DNA of 64,000 nucleotides from Podarcis pityusensis (taxonomy: Eukaryota): assembly GCA_964106645.2 (NCBI GenBank), contig OZ067043.1; one strand, given 5' to 3'. The notes under the pieces were generated by a model, which saw only the letters and a program-made list of their open reading frames with translations, was not told the DNA's origin and did no database searches. Positions 59,353 through 64,000 of the stretch are shown in pieces; positions within the stretch are counted from its first letter, which is position 1; each line of letters begins with the position of its first letter. Both the position numbers and the translations under genes were made by a program.

Positions 59353-62300
59353 TTCTTTTTTTTTTAATGATATTTATTGAGAATTTAAAATTACAGAGGG
59401 AAAAAAAAGGAAAAGGAAAAAAGATAGACAAAAAAAGGAATTAAACAATACAAGTCAATAAAAAGAAAAAAAGGAAAAAAACAAAACACACAATACATCC
59501 AAACCAAAAACAAAAACAAACAAAAAATTTAAAAACAAATCCAATATTCCCAAATCTTTATCTTTCGTTAACTTGTTTCATCGACCTCCTCACACCTCCC
59601 TTTTTTGTATTCTAGTTATTAATTATCTCAGCAAATCCTTTCCATCTTTCACTATATTCTGTCATTAAATTACCTTAATTTATTTTAACCTTATCTTACC
59701 ATAAAAAGCCCTACAGCTTAAAACTTAAAACTTATTTATACATAATTCCTTTTAGCATTTCTACTAAAGCCAAATAGTTTCATTCCAACATTTTTTCTAA
59801 CACTCATTAATTTACAATAATTCTCTAAATGAATTTTTAAACTTTCTTCCAATCTTCATCCGTCGTCTCTTCTTCCTGGTCTCGGGTTTTGTCAGTCCTT
59901 TCTATCCCTTCCATCTAGTCCATCAACCTGGTGACCTTCTATCCGAGGCTCTTAAGTCTTTTCCATGTCCCTTCTGCAGGTCTTCTTCCTGTTTATACCT
60001 GCACTTTACTTTGTCTTCTGCTGATCTTATTCTTAATTTCCTTCCTTTCTCACTGAGGGGTAGATCTCGGGGAGACTCCAACTTGACAATGTCTTTATCC
60101 CTTCTCGACAGGTCAGCCCATTCTCCATAGTCAGCGCTGAAATCCAAAAAATATTTGAAGGCATGTTTCAAAGTCCCTCCGAGGTTAAGGGCCCCCACAA
60201 CTCCAAACTCCCCCTGGCCCAAAACCAGATCCCAAAAGTCGAAACATCCCCGCATAGGGGGATCTATCCAACTTCCCATCTCCAAACCAAACAGTACTCC
60301 ATCTCTCCAAATCTGACTTTCTCCAGGTTCAGTCGTCAGAAACAACAACTTATGTTCCTGCAAGGCCTCGGCTCTCTCCATTTCTATTACTTGAGGTTCA
60401 GCAACAACCTCCTCCTTTGTCTTCTGCACAACTTGCCCTGTCAAAGCAAATTCCTGGGTTGGTTCCTGAGTGGTTTCTATATAGGTATTCACTGTTTGTC
60501 CAAAATTGCTAACTGTGAAAACAGTCCAAGGGATAAAGCTCAAACCATATGACCAAATTGAAAAGATGTTAACAGGGTGGCTGCAATACCATCAGATCAG
60601 TGACTTATTAAAGGAAGACAAAAAGAGAAATGGGTTCGAAGATAAAAAATCGAAATTCCAAATCGACTTAATAGATTGTAAAGATAAAATTTTATCAAGA
60701 ATGTATAGTTTATTGCTAGAATGGTATACAAAAGACGAAGAAGTAAAGGAATCAATGATAAAATGGGCAATTGATATTGGGCATAACATTGAATTGGATG
60801 CGTGGAAAAGATTATGGAAGGAGGGTTTGAGATTTACAGGATGCATGGCTTTAAAGGAAAACTTGCTAAAAATGATGTATAGATGGCATTTGACGCCAGT
60901 AAAATTAGCTAAAATGTATAGGAAAAAAGAAAGAAAGTATTGGAAATGCAAAAAGGCAGATGGGGACTATTTCCATATGTGGTGGACCTGCGATAAGGTA
61001 AAAAATTTTGGGGAATCAATTTATAATGAACTCAAAAAAATATTTAGATATACTTTCCCCAAAAGACTGAAAGTGTGTCTGTTAGGCTTAATAGGAACAG
61101 AAATTAAAATAGAAGATCAAAATTTGTTCATGTATGCTACAGCTGCCATGAGGACCCTTCTGGCCCAAAGATGGAAAATACAAGATATACCAACTATACA
61201 GGAGTGGCAGGCGAAGTTGACAGAATATGCAGAACTTGCCAAACTGTCAGGGAGGATCCGGGACCAGGGAGATCAAAGATACCAAAATAACTGGAGTAAA
61301 TTTATTGAATATTTAAAGAAGAATTGTAAAGAGGTCAAGACACTAGCAGGATTGACATAATACCTCCAATGTATAATAGTACTAATATGAGAATGATGTG
61401 TGTGATGGAAAGAGGATAAATATACCAGTTGTGGGGAGGGAGGGGGGTCGTGACTCGGCAGAGTCAAAGGGAATGTATGGTGCTATTACAATTTGTTGGA
61501 AAAGAATATGTAAGGAAAACAATAAAAATTCACTTGGGGAAAAAAATTGCTAACTGTAACAGTCATCAAATCCATCTTCTCATGTAGCTGTTCCAGTAAA
61601 GCGCTTGTCTTGCAAAAAGCAAGCACTAAGGCTTCTTCTGGGCACATTCTTGTTCAAGGTCAATGTCTGGTTCTCATGATCTTTAATCTCTACAGCTGTA
61701 GAATTCCCCAGATCGACTCCAGCAACAGTTTCACAAGCTCCCTCTAGAGGAAACAATTTCTGTTTGTATCCGTCTTTTTAAAAGCAGATCCAGCAACAAA
61801 ATTCCTTTCGTTTTTCAGATATTTTGTTCCTTTCAAATGCAAAAGGAAACATTGGACTCAATATGTTTCTCTTTTTTAACTATCTGTCAAAAAACGTTTT
61901 ATTCACAGTCAATGAACTTCCCCAAAGCGTCTGTCTCTGACACCCCGTTCCCAGGTTCAAGTCGGTGGAAATTTATCTTTCTTTACTCTCTCTCCTGCAG
62001 GTTTAAACAGTTTAAGATTTCCCCCCTCTTCTCCTGCTTCCAAGGGGGGTTTGGTAGTTTTAACTGATGGAAATTTAGTCCTTTACAAACGACTTTCCAG
62101 ACTTTAGCTTGCAATGTCTTTGCTTCAATCTATTTACAAAAGTGGAAGGCGGACTTCCTGTTTAGATCTTCCCGCTTCGGTGCCAAATTAAGATGTTTCA
62201 TAGTCCAATTTTCTGTTCTACTCACGGGTAGTTGTTTAAAGTCCAATTGTCCACAGGAAAAAGTCAGTGCTCTCCGGCAACAGCAATGCGGCTTCACTTC

Positions 62301-62553
62301 GTGAAAAGAGCAGTCGATTCGAAGCACCGCGCCGCTCACCCCACGTCGCTCCGGATCCCCGAAACCGGGTTTCCCCGTGAGTAGGGGAGGCGCAAAAGGT
62401 GCCAGCCGAATCCCACGTCCACAGGCTTCTCCCGCCTGTGGTTTTTGGTGGGTCTCTGCCTAGCCGTGGCGGTCCAGACCCTAATTCCCACGAAGCGGAT
62501 TCCTCCCGATCAGAGGAAATCCGCCATTGCCGGAGGCGCTAAACCGGAAGTCC
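59353..62553 (-). mobile_element. Non-autonomous L1-derived (half-L1/HAL1-like) element interrupted by a nested L1
   Basis: Minus strand starts GGACTTCCGG with a CpG-rich 5' region and ends AATAAA plus A-tail; TSD ctgaaattctt / ctgacattctt; about 2.16 kb once the insert is removed. Confidence 0.75.
60517..61542 (+). mobile_element. 5'-truncated L1 LINE (ORF2 C-terminus, 3' UTR, A-tail)
   Basis: ORF to 61360: KENLLKMMYRWHLTP..YWKCKKADGDYFHMWWTC (degenerate CCHC)...; perfect 15-bp TSD aaaattgctaactgt at 60502-60516 and 61543-61557. Confidence 0.9.
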
Positions 62554-63073
62554 CTGACATTCTTGCCCTGCTGGGACGATGGGCATAGCATAATGTTGAC
62601 TTCCTCCCTAAGAGTGTTTTGCATATAAGCTAGCCAGACTCTAGGAGGATGCTTCCTACAGTGTCAGCTGCAAAAAGGAGCCCCATGACACCTTAAAAGA
62701 CTGAACAGAGTTATTGTGGCAGAAGGTTTCATAGACTAGAGCCAACAGCATAGGAGCTGCCCTTAAATAGATAATAATAATAGTCATTATAGCACCAGCT
62801 CTTCCATTTCTGCTCATGTTCTGCTAGGACTTCCTTCTGCAACCTGGTACCCTTCCAAGTGTTTTGGACTACAACTCCCATCAGTCGCAGCCAGCAAAGC
62901 TCAGAGATAATAGGAGTTGTAGTCCAAAAGTTCTAGACAGTAATAAATTGGGAGAGACTATTGTAGAACATTAAGCTTGTGTGAGATGACTGCTGTCAAA
63001 GGGGAATACTTCCAAGGTATGAAAGCAGAACCTGATGAACTTAAGGTGACATGTACTCTCTGGCTTTTTCCAG

Positions 63074-63213
63074 GACAGGCTAATGCTACTTTCTGCCCAC
63101 ATGGATATGGTTGCCGGAATCTGGTAGTTTCAGAAAATCAAATTGTTTTGGACATTACGGATAATGACTTGAGTGTGGTCATTCGTGTGCCAGAGAATAG
63201 GTACCTTTGGCTG
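63074..63213 (+). CDS. LAMA5: LAMA5 exon ~32
   Basis: cag|GACAG...TGGCTG|gtatgt; 140 nt; [46 protein letters not shown]. Confidence 0.96.
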
Positions 63214-63479
63214 GTATGTTCCTATCTTAATTTTGTGTGTGTGTGTGAGGTCTGCAAGAATGACTGCAATAACTAATGGGGAATTCTAAAATATGTTCTC
63301 TCCCACTTATAGAACAGCATTTCTCTGTATGAGGTGAAGGAGGCATCCATTATGCTAGCCCTTCCACCTTGTAAAGGCAGGGAATATGTGATTTTCTTTT
63401 GTGGTGTAACAAGGGTCATCTGACTCATCCGCCTCCCCAGTTCGTTCCCAGTTTGTTTATTTGCTGTTTGATCTTTTAG

Positions 63480-63595
63480 GATTATATCCTCGTGGTTCCT
63501 GAAGACAGTTATGGTTCCAGCTACCTTTCAGAAGAACCACTAGACAAGTCCTATGATTTCATCAGCAACTGTGGAGTCAACAGCTTTTATATCAA
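63480..63595 (+). CDS. LAMA5: LAMA5 exon ~33
   Basis: tag|GATTAT...ATCAA|gtgaga; 116 nt; [38 protein letters not shown]. Confidence 0.96.
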
Positions 63596-64000
63596 GTGAG
63601 ATACAAAAAATGGGTGCCACTTTGCAAAACCATAATAATAAAGTAATAATAATTTATTTTTACCCTGCCCATCTGGCTGGGTTTCCCCAGCCACTCTAAA
63701 ATCTAAACCCTCTACTGGGCTTTGGGTAACTTGACGAATACATCCAGGATTTCATCTTTAACATCAGTTCCCATTGTTGATGTGAAATTTATTATCATCA
63801 CCACCACCATCATTTTATTTTTATGCCGCCTTTCCACAGCCAAAACCACCATCAAGGTGGTTTACAATATGAAAAGGTTCATACAGTTACAAAAATAGCA
63901 AAGTAGTTGTAAACAATTAACAAAACACATCAAAAGTGCACAGCCGTAATTGAACAAATTCCACATCGATAATACAATCCGAAATAAAGATACAAAAAAT

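Larger units (their letters stand above)
4983..63595 (+). other. LAMA5: LAMA5 gene body (partial; exons ~4-33), laminin subunit alpha-5
   Basis: 30 phase-compatible GT-AG exons translate into a continuous protein matching remembered human LAMA5 (e.g. [95 protein letters not shown]). The gene starts upstream and ends downstream of the window. Confidence 0.96.

Noticed and set aside
4983-63595. Identification of the gene as LAMA3 or a netrin
   Set aside because: Diagnostic stretches ([31 protein letters not shown]) and the number of LE repeats fit LAMA5.

Overview
Vertebrate genomic DNA. The repeat content (Sauria SINE, Squam3-like SINE, BovB, CR1) points to a squamate, probably a lacertid lizard; this is an inference. 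The whole window lies inside a + strand laminin alpha-5 (LAMA5) gene. I traced 30 consecutive GT-AG coding exons (about exons 4-33, numbered by analogy to human LAMA5 from memory). Their splice phases are mutually consistent and they encode the second half of the LN domain, the LEa EGF-like array and most of the large globular L4a/IVb domain. The main finding is a second intact paralogous exon (44663-44792) lying 301 nt downstream of the canonical exon 23 (44223-44361). Both have the same phase (0/1). Splicing them together creates an immediate TAA, and skipping both shifts the frame, so they look like a mutually exclusive exon pair. The extra exon resembles the equivalent LAMA3 segment more than human LAMA5. 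The introns are rich in transposable elements. Notable ones are a half-L1-like element whose 227-codon ORF is restored by removing a nested L1, two RTE-clade insertions at one target site, a 47-bp TSD, a solo LTR and a Penelope hairpin. Repeat family names are recognised from memory, not from database searches.
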